Shown one piece after another: positions 37,607-47,572 of a DNA stretch of 64,000 nucleotides (position 1 is the first letter of the stretch; each line of letters starts with the position of its first letter). Made by a program: the position numbers and the translations under genes. The notes below the pieces were generated by a model that saw only the letters and a list, made by a program, of their open reading frames with translations, had not been told where the DNA came from and ran no database searches. The stretch lies in NCBI GenBank assembly GCA_913043205.1, contig CAJWLF010000001.1, positions 128,032-192,031 on the forward strand. Direction: 5' to 3'. The DNA comes from an uncultured Chloroflexota bacterium (GTDB lineage Bacteria > Chloroflexota > UBA11872 > VXNJ01).

Positions 37607-39841
37607 GTGAAAGATTATGTCAGTCCCTTAGAATTAACACTGTACAATCAACGACTTTGGTATGGGCCGATATTGTCAAGTAGCGTAATAGATCCGGATT
37701 CACTCAACGCCCCACAATGGGAGGCTGTGAAACACACCAACGGCCCTTTGCTTATTCTGGCAGGGGCGGGTTCCGGCAAGACCAGGGTGATAACGTTTCG
37801 GGTGGCACAACTGATTCACCATCATTCGGTGAGTCCAGGCAACATACTGTCTGTCACGTTCACCAATAAAGCGGCTGATGAGATGAAGGCGAGAATTGCT
37901 GAGATTGTTGGTCTGAAAGCTTCCGGTTTGCAATTGGGCACGTTCCACGGATTTTGCGTGAATCTGTTGCGAAGATTTCGCTCTGAGGCCTACCTGCCGA
38001 ATGGCTTTACGATTTTTGATGGGGATGATCAACTGCAAGTAATCAAGTCATGCATGAAGGAATTGGGTGTCCCTAGGGACCAAGTGTCACCGGTAGCGGT
38101 TCGTAATGAGATTTCTCGCGCCAAAGACGAACTTAGGACTAGTCACCAATATGCTGAATTCTGTGAGGGGTTTTTTCAAGAGGTTACATCCAAAATTTAC
38201 TCTAGTTACCAGAATGTCCTTAGTAATGCCCATGGACTCGACTTTGGTGATTTGATTATGTCCTCCGTTCGGTTATTGAGAGAGTCTTCTCACGCCCTTG
38301 ATTTCTGTCATGAACGATACCGCTATATTCAAGTTGATGAGTACCAAGATACTAATCGTGCACAGTACGCCTTGATAAGAGAGTTGGCCTCTGCTCGGCG
38401 AAATTTAGCGGTGGTTGGTGATGATGATCAAAGCATTTATGGATGGAGGGGTGCAGACATTCGCAACCTACTTGATTTTGAAGCAGAATACCCGGACTCC
38501 CGAGTAATTAAGCTAGAACAGAACTATAGGTCTACGCAAATGATTCTAGATGCAGCCCACCACGTTGTTAGTCGATTACCTGAACGTAAAGAGAAGCATT
38601 TATGGACTGATAGGTCTGATGGATCACTCATCAAAGTCATTGAAACGTACGATGAGGAAGATGAGGCGATCAGAGTTCTAACTGAAATACAAAATTTGAT
38701 TGCCGCAGAAGGTTGTCTTCGTGGTGATTTCGCCATTATGTATCGAACGAACGCACAGTCTAGGCCGTTGGAGGAGTGCTTTGTCAAAGCAGGACTTCCG
38801 TATCAATTGGTCGGAGGAACTGAGTTTTACTCCCGTAGAGAAATTAAAGACCTTTTGGCATATTTGCGAGTGGTCAGTAATCCGCAAGATGATGTAAGTC
38901 TCGAGCGTGTTGTAAATGTGCCTAGTCGAGGTATAGGAGAAAAGACTCTCAATTGGTTAAAGGAGTGGGCAGCAAGCCGTGGTGTGTCGGCGAGTTCAGG
39001 GCTTAGGATGTTAGCTTCCGACAAATCGTCTGTGCCAATCGATGATGTGCCTTCACGTGCACTCAAAGTTTTGGGCCCCGTTGCGGACCTGCTGGTGGAA
39101 TTTGATGACTTGGCTCGCAGGTCTAGTCTTCCATATTTGATTGAACAAATATTTGAGAGAAGTGGTTATAAGAATATGTTGGAGTTAGATCGTGATGCAG
39201 GGGCAGATCGTATAGAGAATGTTATGGAGTTGATTGCTGCTACGGCTCGATATGCCGATGGTGACCCATTGGAATCTCTCATCAGATATTTACAAGAAGT
39301 AGCATTGGTCTCGGACGTTGACCGTATGCGTGTTGATGCAGATTCTATAACGCTAATAACGTTACATGCAGCAAAAGGCTTGGAATTTAAAAATGTGTTT
39401 CTTGTCGGGTTCGAAGAAGAGTATTGTCCTCATTTCCGGTCATTCCACGATCCGCTTCAAATGGAAGAGGAAAGACGGTTGGCCTATGTTGGGATTACTC
39501 GAGCGATTGACAGACTATATTTAACTTATGCTCGCTTTCGCGGTGGATGGGGTAGTAGAGCCCGTCTTCCATCGCGCTTTATACAGGACATCCCAGATGA
39601 TCTCCTAGAGACAATTGGCCGTACGGAACGTGTAAGTTCCTCCCCTAGTACTGCCAAAATCGATTTATCCACTGAGAGGTCTTATTCGGATGGGCAAAAG
39701 GTGTGTCACCCCGTATTCGGTAAAGGGATCGTGATATCTGGCAAAATCGGGCCGAGCGGGGATGAAGAAGTTCAAGTGGCTTTCGCTGATGGAGGTATAA
39801 AATTGTTGAGTGTTAGTTTCGCAAATCTTGAACGAATGTAG
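37607..39841 (+). CDS. pcrA: ATP-dependent DNA helicase PcrA/UvrD
   Basis: LAGAGSGKT, TFTNKAA, VDEYQDTN, GDDDQSIYGWRGA, LEQNYRS, TLHAAKGLEF, EERRLAYVGITRA. True start probably about 20 codons downstream. Confidence 0.96.
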   Translation: MKDYVSPLELTLYNQRLWYGPILSSSVIDPDSLNAPQWEAVKHTNGPLLILAGAGSGKTRVITFRVAQLIHHHSVSPGNILSVTFTNKAADEMKARIAEIVGLKASGLQLGTFHGFCVNLLRRFRSEAYLPNGFTIFDGDDQLQVIKSCMKELGVPRDQVSPVAVRNEISRAKDELRTSHQYAEFCEGFFQEVTSKIYSSYQNVLSNAHGLDFGDLIMSSVRLLRESSHALDFCHERYRYIQVDEYQDTNRAQYALIRELASARRNLAVVGDDDQSIYGWRGADIRNLLDFEAEYPDSRVIKLEQNYRSTQMILDAAHHVVSRLPERKEKHLWTDRSDGSLIKVIETYDEEDEAIRVLTEIQNLIAAEGCLRGDFAIMYRTNAQSRPLEECFVKAGLPYQLVGGTEFYSRREIKDLLAYLRVVSNPQDDVSLERVVNVPSRGIGEKTLNWLKEWAASRGVSASSGLRMLASDKSSVPIDDVPSRALKVLGPVADLLVEFDDLARRSSLPYLIEQIFERSGYKNMLELDRDAGADRIENVMELIAATARYADGDPLESLIRYLQEVALVSDVDRMRVDADSITLITLHAAKGLEFKNVFLVGFEEEYCPHFRSFHDPLQMEEERRLAYVGITRAIDRLYLTYARFRGGWGSRARLPSRFIQDIPDDLLETIGRTERVSSSPSTAKIDLSTERSYSDGQKVCHPVFGKGIVISGKIGPSGDEEVQVAFADGGIKLLSVSFANLERM

Positions 39842-39848
39842 TGGTGCA

Positions 39849-40508
39849 ATGGCTCGCAAAGTGTTTGTGGATTTTGATGGTACTATCGCTTCTCATGACG
39901 TCGGTAATCAGATATTGCAGGTTTTTGGCAACGAAGAGGTCATGAGAATCGATCAGTTGTGGATCAATGGAGACATATCTACACGTGAACGGGCTGAGGC
40001 TCAGTTTGCTCATATTGACGTTTCCGAATATGAGCTGAAGAGATTTGTGGACTCATTCCATGTCGAGCCTGATTTCATTGAATTTGTTGATTGGTGTCGT
40101 TCTAAGGATGTTGAATTAGAGATTCTCAGTGACGGGTTTGATTTTTACATTGATCGAATGCTGGCAGCTGTTGGGTTGACGGCATTGCCTCGACGGGCAA
40201 ATAGTCTGGCTTTTGAGGAAGACAAAATTATTTTGAGGTTTCCTTACGAAAATGATGGAAATCGCATGTTTGGAGTATGCAAGGATGTGTACCTACGGTC
40301 TGCAGCAAATTGTTATGAATCTATTGCTTTTATCGGAGACTCGAATTCAGACATTCCTGCCGCACCAATTGCCGATATTCTATTCGCACGCGAAGGCTTA
40401 ATTCTTGCTCGTTACTGCAAGCTTAATGAAATTCCAGTGTTCGAATTCTCTCGGTTTGTGGAGGTCAGTACTGTTTTACATGCCAAATGGTTTGACGAAG
40501 GGATCTGA
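39849..40508 (+). CDS. MtnX-like HAD-IB phosphatase
   Basis: DFDGT, LSDG, CK, IGDSNSD. Confidence 0.85.
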   Translation: MARKVFVDFDGTIASHDVGNQILQVFGNEEVMRIDQLWINGDISTRERAEAQFAHIDVSEYELKRFVDSFHVEPDFIEFVDWCRSKDVELEILSDGFDFYIDRMLAAVGLTALPRRANSLAFEEDKIILRFPYENDGNRMFGVCKDVYLRSAANCYESIAFIGDSNSDIPAAPIADILFAREGLILARYCKLNEIPVFEFSRFVEVSTVLHAKWFDEGI

Positions 40509-40522
40509 TGTAGGAAACAGGT

Positions 40523-42265
40523 ATGAAATTTTCTGAATTAGTTGAGGCCTTTGAGAGAATTGAAAATGTGAGTTCTAGAACTGAAATGACAGCTATCCTT
40601 GGCCAAGTGTTTCAACAGTGCTCCTCTTATGAAGCCCGGCTTATTGCTTACCTTATACAAGGTCGGGTCTCACCTGCCTTCGTGGCTCTTGAGTTCGGTG
40701 TTGGTGAGAAACTATTGCTTGAGGCTATTGCCCAGGCTTGCGACGTTGACAAATCCGTTGTTGAAAGCGCTGTGCATAATCATGGTGATTTTGGTTTGGC
40801 GGCTGAGGTACTCGTCGACAATGCCAGTGAGTGTTTGACAATAGCTCAGGTGTTTTCAGGACTTCTACAGGTGGCGCGGATATCTGGTGATGATTCCCAG
40901 CAGGCTAAAATTCAGTCCATATCAGAAATGATTAGTGCTATGAGCCCACGCGAGGTGCGCTACCTGGTTCGAATACCACTAGATCGGTTGCGTCTCGGTG
41001 TGAGAGACCCAACAGTTCTTGATGCCCTATCGGTGGGTCGTGTTGGAAATAAGTCCGACCGAAAGCAAATTGAAAGGGCTTATAACTTGGTCAGCGATTT
41101 GGGATTGGTTTCCGAACTATATACTAGAGATGGTTTAGAACCACTGTGCGAGATTAACGTTGAGGTGGGCAATCCCGTGCGTCCAGCTCAAGCGGCTAGA
41201 CTGTCTTCCGGTGATGAGATAGTTGCCAAAATCGGGGAGTGTGCAGTCGAACCAAAATTCGACGGATTCCGGCTTCAAGTACATCGCAATGGTCATCAAG
41301 TGTATATCTACTCAAGGAACCTTGAGGACATGACGGGAATGTTCCCTGAGATTGCCGAGGCGGCTAGGACGCGTCTCAGTTGTGACAATGTAATTTTTGA
41401 AGGTGAAGCGATGGCTTACGATCCCGATACTCTTGAGTTTCGTCCTTTTCAGGTTACTGTGTCGCGTCGTCGTAAACACGATATCGATCGATTGTCTACG
41501 GACAACCCTCTCAAGTTGATTTGCTTTGATGTGCTTTGTGTTAATGGTGAAGATGTTACCACTTATGGCTACCGTGAAAGGCGAGAAAAACTGTTGCAGA
41601 TCGTGCAACCTAACGAATCTATAGGCGTTGCTGAAAGTATTGTGACCGGCATCGGTTCCAAGATCGACTCATTTTTCGCCGAGGAAGTGGAATCTGGATT
41701 GGAGGGAGTGATTGCGAAAAAGTTGGATGCCCCTTATCAGGCGGGCAAACGCGGATTTAACTGGATCAAACTAAAGCGCAGTTATAGTGTCGAATTAAGC
41801 GACACAATTGACTGTACAGTAATAGGTTACTGGTATGGACGTGGAAAGCGGGCGCAATGGGGCATTGGCGCGATACTTGCTGCTGTATGGGATTCCAACG
41901 AAGGTATGCTTAAAACGATTGCTCGAGTTGGGACTGGGTTTTCTGATGAGGAATGGGTTGCTATAAGGCATCTGCTCGATAAGAATCGTTCGGAGACTTG
42001 TCCACCAGAAGTAGATTCTTCCATAATCCCCGATGTATGGGTGCATCCGATTCACGTTGTTGAGGTGCTAGCTGACGAGTTGACTAAGAGTCCCAATCAC
42101 ACGGCTGGCAAGGGAAATGATAACTCTGGGCATGCCCTAAGGTTTCCGCGAGTCCTCGGTATGCCTCGTATGGACAAATCCCCTCAAGACTCTACAACCG
42201 TCGATGAGATAGAGAAAATGTTTCAAGCTCAGAACACTGGTAGTGCTGCTGAGGCTCAAGCTTGA
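40523..42265 (+). CDS. lig: ATP-dependent DNA ligase (archaeal/LigB type with N-terminal DNA-binding domain)
   Basis: EPKFDGFR (KxDG), FEGE, FDVL, EGVIAK, WIKLK, RVGTG, LRFPR. Confidence 0.95.
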   Translation: MKFSELVEAFERIENVSSRTEMTAILGQVFQQCSSYEARLIAYLIQGRVSPAFVALEFGVGEKLLLEAIAQACDVDKSVVESAVHNHGDFGLAAEVLVDNASECLTIAQVFSGLLQVARISGDDSQQAKIQSISEMISAMSPREVRYLVRIPLDRLRLGVRDPTVLDALSVGRVGNKSDRKQIERAYNLVSDLGLVSELYTRDGLEPLCEINVEVGNPVRPAQAARLSSGDEIVAKIGECAVEPKFDGFRLQVHRNGHQVYIYSRNLEDMTGMFPEIAEAARTRLSCDNVIFEGEAMAYDPDTLEFRPFQVTVSRRRKHDIDRLSTDNPLKLICFDVLCVNGEDVTTYGYRERREKLLQIVQPNESIGVAESIVTGIGSKIDSFFAEEVESGLEGVIAKKLDAPYQAGKRGFNWIKLKRSYSVELSDTIDCTVIGYWYGRGKRAQWGIGAILAAVWDSNEGMLKTIARVGTGFSDEEWVAIRHLLDKNRSETCPPEVDSSIIPDVWVHPIHVVEVLADELTKSPNHTAGKGNDNSGHALRFPRVLGMPRMDKSPQDSTTVDEIEKMFQAQNTGSAAEAQA

Positions 42266-42284
42266 CTATTATTGGAGTGTAGAT

Positions 42285-43199
42285 ATGACATCAAAATTCA
42301 TTGAAATAATCGACGCTAAGATGGCAACTCTTGTAGACAGCGAGGTTGAGATCGAATGCATTGCTTCTGGATTCGGATTCATTGAGGGTCCGGTTTGGAT
42401 AAAGGGAGGCTTGGTTTTTAGTGACATACCAAATAACCGTCTCATTCGATGGACTGAAGATAAATATGGTCCGTCTGTAGTGACCTATCGTGCTCCTAGT
42501 GGAATGTCTAATGGGAATACATTGGATCTCAATGACGAACTCATCACTTGCGAACATAAGGGGCGAAGAGTGTCGCGGGGTGAATCTGGTGGTGATGTTG
42601 TTACAGTCGTTGACTCATACAATGGAAAACGACTGAATAGTCCAAATGACGTGGTGTGCCGCTCAGACGGATCTCTTTACTTTACAGATCCGCCGTATGG
42701 ATTGATTCATCCAAGTAATCCGGCTCCAATTCCTAGTGAGCTTGGATTTAATGGGGTTTTTCGAATTGATCCCGCTGGTAATCTTGAATTGATGTGTGAG
42801 GATTTTGATCGGCCTAATGGTCTAGCGTTTAGTCCTGACGAGCAAATTCTATACATAGATGACAGTGCTAGAGGTCACATACGTAAATTCCAGGTGGAAG
42901 ATAGTGGGGGGTTATCCGATGGCGAGGTGTTTTTCGATTATATGTCGGCTGATGGAATGGGAGTTCCGGACGGAATGAAAGTGGATTCTCTAGGCAATAT
43001 TTGGAGCACTGGGCCTGGTTCTGTATGGGTTATCGATCCAGACGGATCCGCCATTGGAAGAGTATATGTCCCTGAAAGCCCTGCAAACCTAGCCTTTGGT
43101 GGTAGTGATCTCTGCACCATGTATTTCACCGCTCGGAACGGACTGTATCGGATGTCTTTGTTAGTCCCAGGTTTACCAGTCGGGCGTGCTAAGCGTTAA
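42285..43199 (+). CDS. SMP-30/gluconolactonase family protein
   Basis: EGPVW, SNG, LNSPND, FTDPPYG, PNGLAFSPD, PDGMKVD. Confidence 0.92.
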   Translation: MTSKFIEIIDAKMATLVDSEVEIECIASGFGFIEGPVWIKGGLVFSDIPNNRLIRWTEDKYGPSVVTYRAPSGMSNGNTLDLNDELITCEHKGRRVSRGESGGDVVTVVDSYNGKRLNSPNDVVCRSDGSLYFTDPPYGLIHPSNPAPIPSELGFNGVFRIDPAGNLELMCEDFDRPNGLAFSPDEQILYIDDSARGHIRKFQVEDSGGLSDGEVFFDYMSADGMGVPDGMKVDSLGNIWSTGPGSVWVIDPDGSAIGRVYVPESPANLAFGGSDLCTMYFTARNGLYRMSLLVPGLPVGRAKR

Positions 43200-44430
43200 C
43201 TGGATGCTGCTAGGGTTAAGATCTCTTAGTTGGTTACTTGCAGCATCGTTATTATGTGTTGGGTTATGGTCCTGTAAAATTGGGCTTGATGGATATTTTC
43301 ATATTGAACCTCTCCAGCCTGATCGAAATGCGGTAACTTTTGCACTGGTCGCCAGAGATTTTGACCAACCTGTATTTATCACCAGTTCCCCTGAGGGATC
43401 CGCTGATTTGTTTGTAGCGGAACGAGGTGGTCGCATTTATCGTTTCGATTCTGACAGTGGGATTCGGAGCATTTTTCTCGATTTGTCAGATATTGTTTCG
43501 ACATCGGGTCTTGAACAAGGACTGCTAGGAATGGCATTTCACCCAAACTATCCTGAAGATGAACGCCTGTTTGTGAATTTTGTTGATTCTGATTGGGATA
43601 CTACCGTTGCATCAATCCGTGCAACGAGTAATGGTACGAACAGTATTCGCCGTGATTTTATGACGGTCATTCTGTCTATCCCACAGCCATTTAACAACCA
43701 TAATGGGGGTATGGTGACTTTTGGCCCTGATGGCCATCTGTACATAGGCACCGGAGATGGAGGCAGTCGAAATGACCCGTATGGCCATGGACAAGACCTT
43801 AATAGTCTGCTGGGCAAAATACTGCGGGTTGATGTGGATGAGTCTGGGGCCCAACCATATGCTATTCCCGATACGAACCCTTTTGTCGGCAGCGAGAATA
43901 AGCGCCCTGAAATTTTTAGTTACGGACTCCGCAATCCGTGGAGATTTTCCTTCGATGTGCAAACTGGCGATTTATGGATCGGAGATGTGGGGCAGAACCG
44001 ATATGAGGAGATTAATTATATAGCCGGAAATTCTCATGGCGGTCACAACTTTGGATGGAGTGATACAGAGGGTCCTGAATGTTTTAACAACCCTGGATGC
44101 CAGCCTGAGGTATACACTCTTCCAATAAGTCATTACGACACAAAAGATGGTTGTGCCATTACCGGGGGGTACGTTTACAGAGGCGATTCGAATCCTTCTC
44201 TTTACGGCACTTATGTTTTTGCTGACTATTGCAACGGCAAATTGTTCGGTGTTTCAAAGGCCAATGGGCGATGGGTAAAAGAATTGTTGATTGACAGTGA
44301 CTTGCACATCAGCTCATTAGGGCAAGACGCCAACAAAGAGCTGTATGTTGCTGATTTCAAATCCGGCAGTATATACCAACTTATGGAAGTTGAATCTCAA
44401 CATGGCTCAAGTTCTGGCGTTGGAATGTGA
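43186..44430 (+). CDS. PQQ-dependent sugar dehydrogenase (GSDH/YliI family), exported
   Basis: N-terminal hydrophobic segment, EQGLLGMAFHP, NHNGG, GDGG, GKILR, GLRNPWR, DVGQN..EE. Confidence 0.9.
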   Translation: MLSVNWMLLGLRSLSWLLAASLLCVGLWSCKIGLDGYFHIEPLQPDRNAVTFALVARDFDQPVFITSSPEGSADLFVAERGGRIYRFDSDSGIRSIFLDLSDIVSTSGLEQGLLGMAFHPNYPEDERLFVNFVDSDWDTTVASIRATSNGTNSIRRDFMTVILSIPQPFNNHNGGMVTFGPDGHLYIGTGDGGSRNDPYGHGQDLNSLLGKILRVDVDESGAQPYAIPDTNPFVGSENKRPEIFSYGLRNPWRFSFDVQTGDLWIGDVGQNRYEEINYIAGNSHGGHNFGWSDTEGPECFNNPGCQPEVYTLPISHYDTKDGCAITGGYVYRGDSNPSLYGTYVFADYCNGKLFGVSKANGRWVKELLIDSDLHISSLGQDANKELYVADFKSGSIYQLMEVESQHGSSSGVGM

Positions 44431-44450
44431 AAATCTATACTAGGATCGTG

Positions 44451-45062
44451 TTATACGGCAGCAGAATGTCGGTCGTTTATCATTTTTGCTACTGCTTCTT
44501 TTGCTTTTCCAATCAGAGGTGGTCCATGACCTGGCAAAAGGTTGTCAAAATCTATTTCCAACAACTTGGACAGGCTTTTCCAAGGTCGAGGATGTCCAAC
44601 AGGGTGCCCGCCAACAAGAAGTCCGCCCTTGACCCATTTGTCACTTGTTCCTAACGAGTCACCCACCACAAGAGTACCGTTGTGAACAGGGGAAAAAAGT
44701 GCGTATTCGTCGCTGGAGGCGGTGGCAATTCTTATCGCAGTGAAGTCCCCTGGCAATAGGTCTCCATCAGAGAATTCGATGTAATCACTGATGGTTTCGA
44801 GTTTCTTCGAATGATTGTTTGGCACATATATGTTTGTGCCGGTTCTCTTGGCGAACAGATGCGCTTGCCGTTCATGGCTGCTGTTGGTAAGTATTATCCC
44901 TGACACCTTACCTGATTCTTCTATCTCGTCGATTCCACTATATTCCAGCGGGTCAACGAGCACGCCCTCATCCGTAGTAGTTTTGATCCAATAGGATTCT
45001 AACCTGAAATAGCCAGGCCAATTCACCGTCCAGTGTTTGATGCCAGGAAGTATTTCTCTCAT
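44451..45062 (-). CDS. Metallo-beta-lactamase fold protein (atypical metal motif)
   Basis: VLVDP, LTNSSHER in place of HxHxDH, VGD, LPGHG. Confidence 0.7.
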   Translation of the reverse strand: MREILPGIKHWTVNWPGYFRLESYWIKTTTDEGVLVDPLEYSGIDEIEESGKVSGIILTNSSHERQAHLFAKRTGTNIYVPNNHSKKLETISDYIEFSDGDLLPGDFTAIRIATASSDEYALFSPVHNGTLVVGDSLGTSDKWVKGGLLVGGHPVGHPRPWKSLSKLLEIDFDNLLPGHGPPLIGKAKEAVAKMINDRHSAAV

Positions 45063-45080
45063 GTGATATGCATGTATTTT

Positions 45081-47378
45081 CTACTCGGACGCTCGAGATT
45101 GTCGGATAACGTTAATTGCTGAGCCAGCCCAGAACCATTCAATCTGATCTTTGTTTAGCGTATGGGACAAAGATATTAAATCAGTTGAGCCATTTGAGTG
45201 CCTGATTGAGGCTTGGAGTGATGTGTTTGGATTTATCTTACCTATGTCGCATATGGTTATGCGGTCATCTTTTCGTATCAAATTATAGTCATCGGAACTA
45301 TCAAAGGTGAGAGGCAAGATGCCCTGTTTTTTAAGATTTGATTCGGCAATCCTCGCAAAACTTCGAGCTATTATGGCGGCCGCTCCCAATAGCCTTGGCG
45401 ACATAGCGGCATGTTCCCTGCTGCTACCTTCACCATAGTTGTCATCACCTATTGCTACCCAGCTGCGAGACTTGTTTTTCCATGAACGTGCAATCTTAGG
45501 AATTGATATATCTTCTTCTCCAGTAATGGAGTTGAACCCATGTCCTGGAGAGGTTGCAAAACAATTATTCGCCCCAAGAAACATGTTGTCACTGATGTTG
45601 TTTAGATGCCCTCGGTATCGAAGCCACGGCCCGGCTGCTGATATGTGGTCTGTGGTACAAGGCCCGTCCGCTTTTAGGAGTACTGGCATATTCAGGTATT
45701 CATCTGGATGACGCTCTTCAAACGGTTTAAGACGTTCAAGCCTTTTGCTGTGGCTAGCGATTTTGACCATAACTTTTTCATCTGAATTCGGTGAAATATG
45801 ACCGTGGCCCCTACCAATATAGCCATTTTCTGGGATATCTTTGGCTTGGGATGGTGGCTTTAAGGTGAATGGTCCATTCGTTCCTTCTAACGCGTCTATG
45901 ACAGGATTGAAAGACAATTTGCCGCCTAGCGCAAACGCCACAGCTATCTCAGGGCTTACAATAAAAGCTAGGGTGTCAGGATTACCATCGTTTCTACGTG
46001 GGAAATTGCGATTGTAAGACGTGACGATTGAGTTTTGTGCGCCAGTTCTACTATCCGGTTGGTTGCTGGGTGCGAAGTCGTCTCTTTGCCACTGTCCGAT
46101 ACAGGGTCCACATGCATTTGCCAGCACCGTCCCCCCCACTTTCTCCAGGGTGCCCAATTGTCCATCTCTTTCGATAGTTGCACGAATCATTTCCGATCCT
46201 GGGGTAACTAAAAATGGGACACGACTGGTGGTTTCATTGCTGATAGCCTGCTCGGCTACAGCCGCGGCACGGGTAATGTCCTGATAGCTGGAATTTGTGC
46301 AGCTGCCTATTAGGCTAGCCGACAATTGATCCGGGTAACCGTGTTCAACAACGTCTTTTTGGAATTCGGACAATGGCCTGGCTAAATCTGGCCTATGAGG
46401 CCCTACCACATGCGGTTCTAGAGATGACAAGTCGATTTCGACAATTTGATCAAAAAATTCTTCAGGACTGTCGAGAACTTCTTGGTCGGCGGTCAATAAA
46501 TCGAGAGATGAGTCAGCTAGGTTTGCAATATCGGATCGATTTGTTGACCTAAGGTATCGGCCCATAGCTTTGTCGTAAGGGAATATGGATGTGGTGGCAC
46601 CAAGTTCCGCCCCCATGTTCGTTATCGTCCCTTTGCCAGTGGCAGCAATCGAAGTTGTCCCTGGTCCAAAATATTCGACTATGTGGTTTGTTCCTCCTTT
46701 GGCTGACAGTATCCCGGCTACCTTTAGAATTACGTCTTTTGGTGACGCCCACCCATCTAGATTACCAGTTAAACGAATGCCGATTAGTTTTGGTGCTAAT
46801 ACTTCCCACGGAAATCCCACCATCACGTCGGCAGCGTCTGCACCACCAACTCCTATAGCAAGCATGCCTAATCCACCAGCGTTTGGAGTATGGCTGTCGG
46901 TTCCTATAAGAAGCCCTCCTGGAAAGGCATAGTTTTCAAACAGCACCTGATGGATAATTCCAGATCCAGGTGACCAAAACCCCATACCATAACGCTGCGA
47001 AACCGATCTTAAAAACTTGTATACCTCGTCATTCTCTTGCTTGGCAGCCTTTAGATCACTGTCTGCTCCAATATGTGCACGAATTAAATGGTCACAATGA
47101 ATGGTTGTTGGAACCGATACCTCGTCCTTATCAGCCAGCATGAATTGCAGAGCTGCCATTTGTGCTGTGGCATCTTGCATAGCCACCCGGTCTGGTGTTA
47201 GTTGTAGATAGCTAACTCCCGGCACTAAGTCTTGTTTGGTATCGACAAGATGGCCGTACAAAAGTTTTTCTGACAGTGTTAAAGGCCGAGATACAGTGCT
47301 TCGCATCCCATCTAACCTCGACCGCATATTGGCGTAAACTTGTGCCACAAAATCCCTTGTCGAATCGATGCTGCTCAT
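45081..47378 (-). CDS. acn: Aconitate hydratase (mitochondrial-like type)
   Basis: DRVAMQDATAQMA, HCDH, DSHT, GSCTNSS, ACGPCIG, YNRNF, TTDHIS, GEGSSRE. Confidence 0.96.
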   Translation of the reverse strand: MSSIDSTRDFVAQVYANMRSRLDGMRSTVSRPLTLSEKLLYGHLVDTKQDLVPGVSYLQLTPDRVAMQDATAQMAALQFMLADKDEVSVPTTIHCDHLIRAHIGADSDLKAAKQENDEVYKFLRSVSQRYGMGFWSPGSGIIHQVLFENYAFPGGLLIGTDSHTPNAGGLGMLAIGVGGADAADVMVGFPWEVLAPKLIGIRLTGNLDGWASPKDVILKVAGILSAKGGTNHIVEYFGPGTTSIAATGKGTITNMGAELGATTSIFPYDKAMGRYLRSTNRSDIANLADSSLDLLTADQEVLDSPEEFFDQIVEIDLSSLEPHVVGPHRPDLARPLSEFQKDVVEHGYPDQLSASLIGSCTNSSYQDITRAAAVAEQAISNETTSRVPFLVTPGSEMIRATIERDGQLGTLEKVGGTVLANACGPCIGQWQRDDFAPSNQPDSRTGAQNSIVTSYNRNFPRRNDGNPDTLAFIVSPEIAVAFALGGKLSFNPVIDALEGTNGPFTLKPPSQAKDIPENGYIGRGHGHISPNSDEKVMVKIASHSKRLERLKPFEERHPDEYLNMPVLLKADGPCTTDHISAAGPWLRYRGHLNNISDNMFLGANNCFATSPGHGFNSITGEEDISIPKIARSWKNKSRSWVAIGDDNYGEGSSREHAAMSPRLLGAAAIIARSFARIAESNLKKQGILPLTFDSSDDYNLIRKDDRITICDIGKINPNTSLQASIRHSNGSTDLISLSHTLNKDQIEWFWAGSAINVIRQSRASE

Positions 47379-47572
47379 AACGTTGTCTCATTTGATGGTT
47401 TCATATTTGTCAATTTGTTGAGTTGAAATTAAAGTTCCTCAGGAGCCCCTGTTGTATATGTTACCTGTAATGGATTTGCTGTGCGAGAGGGCAGCGGGCG
47501 CACCTTAATTGTGGCAGCCCGATTTTTCTGTGGCGTCTTCACGATAACCACGATAAGGACGGAGGCTAGATA

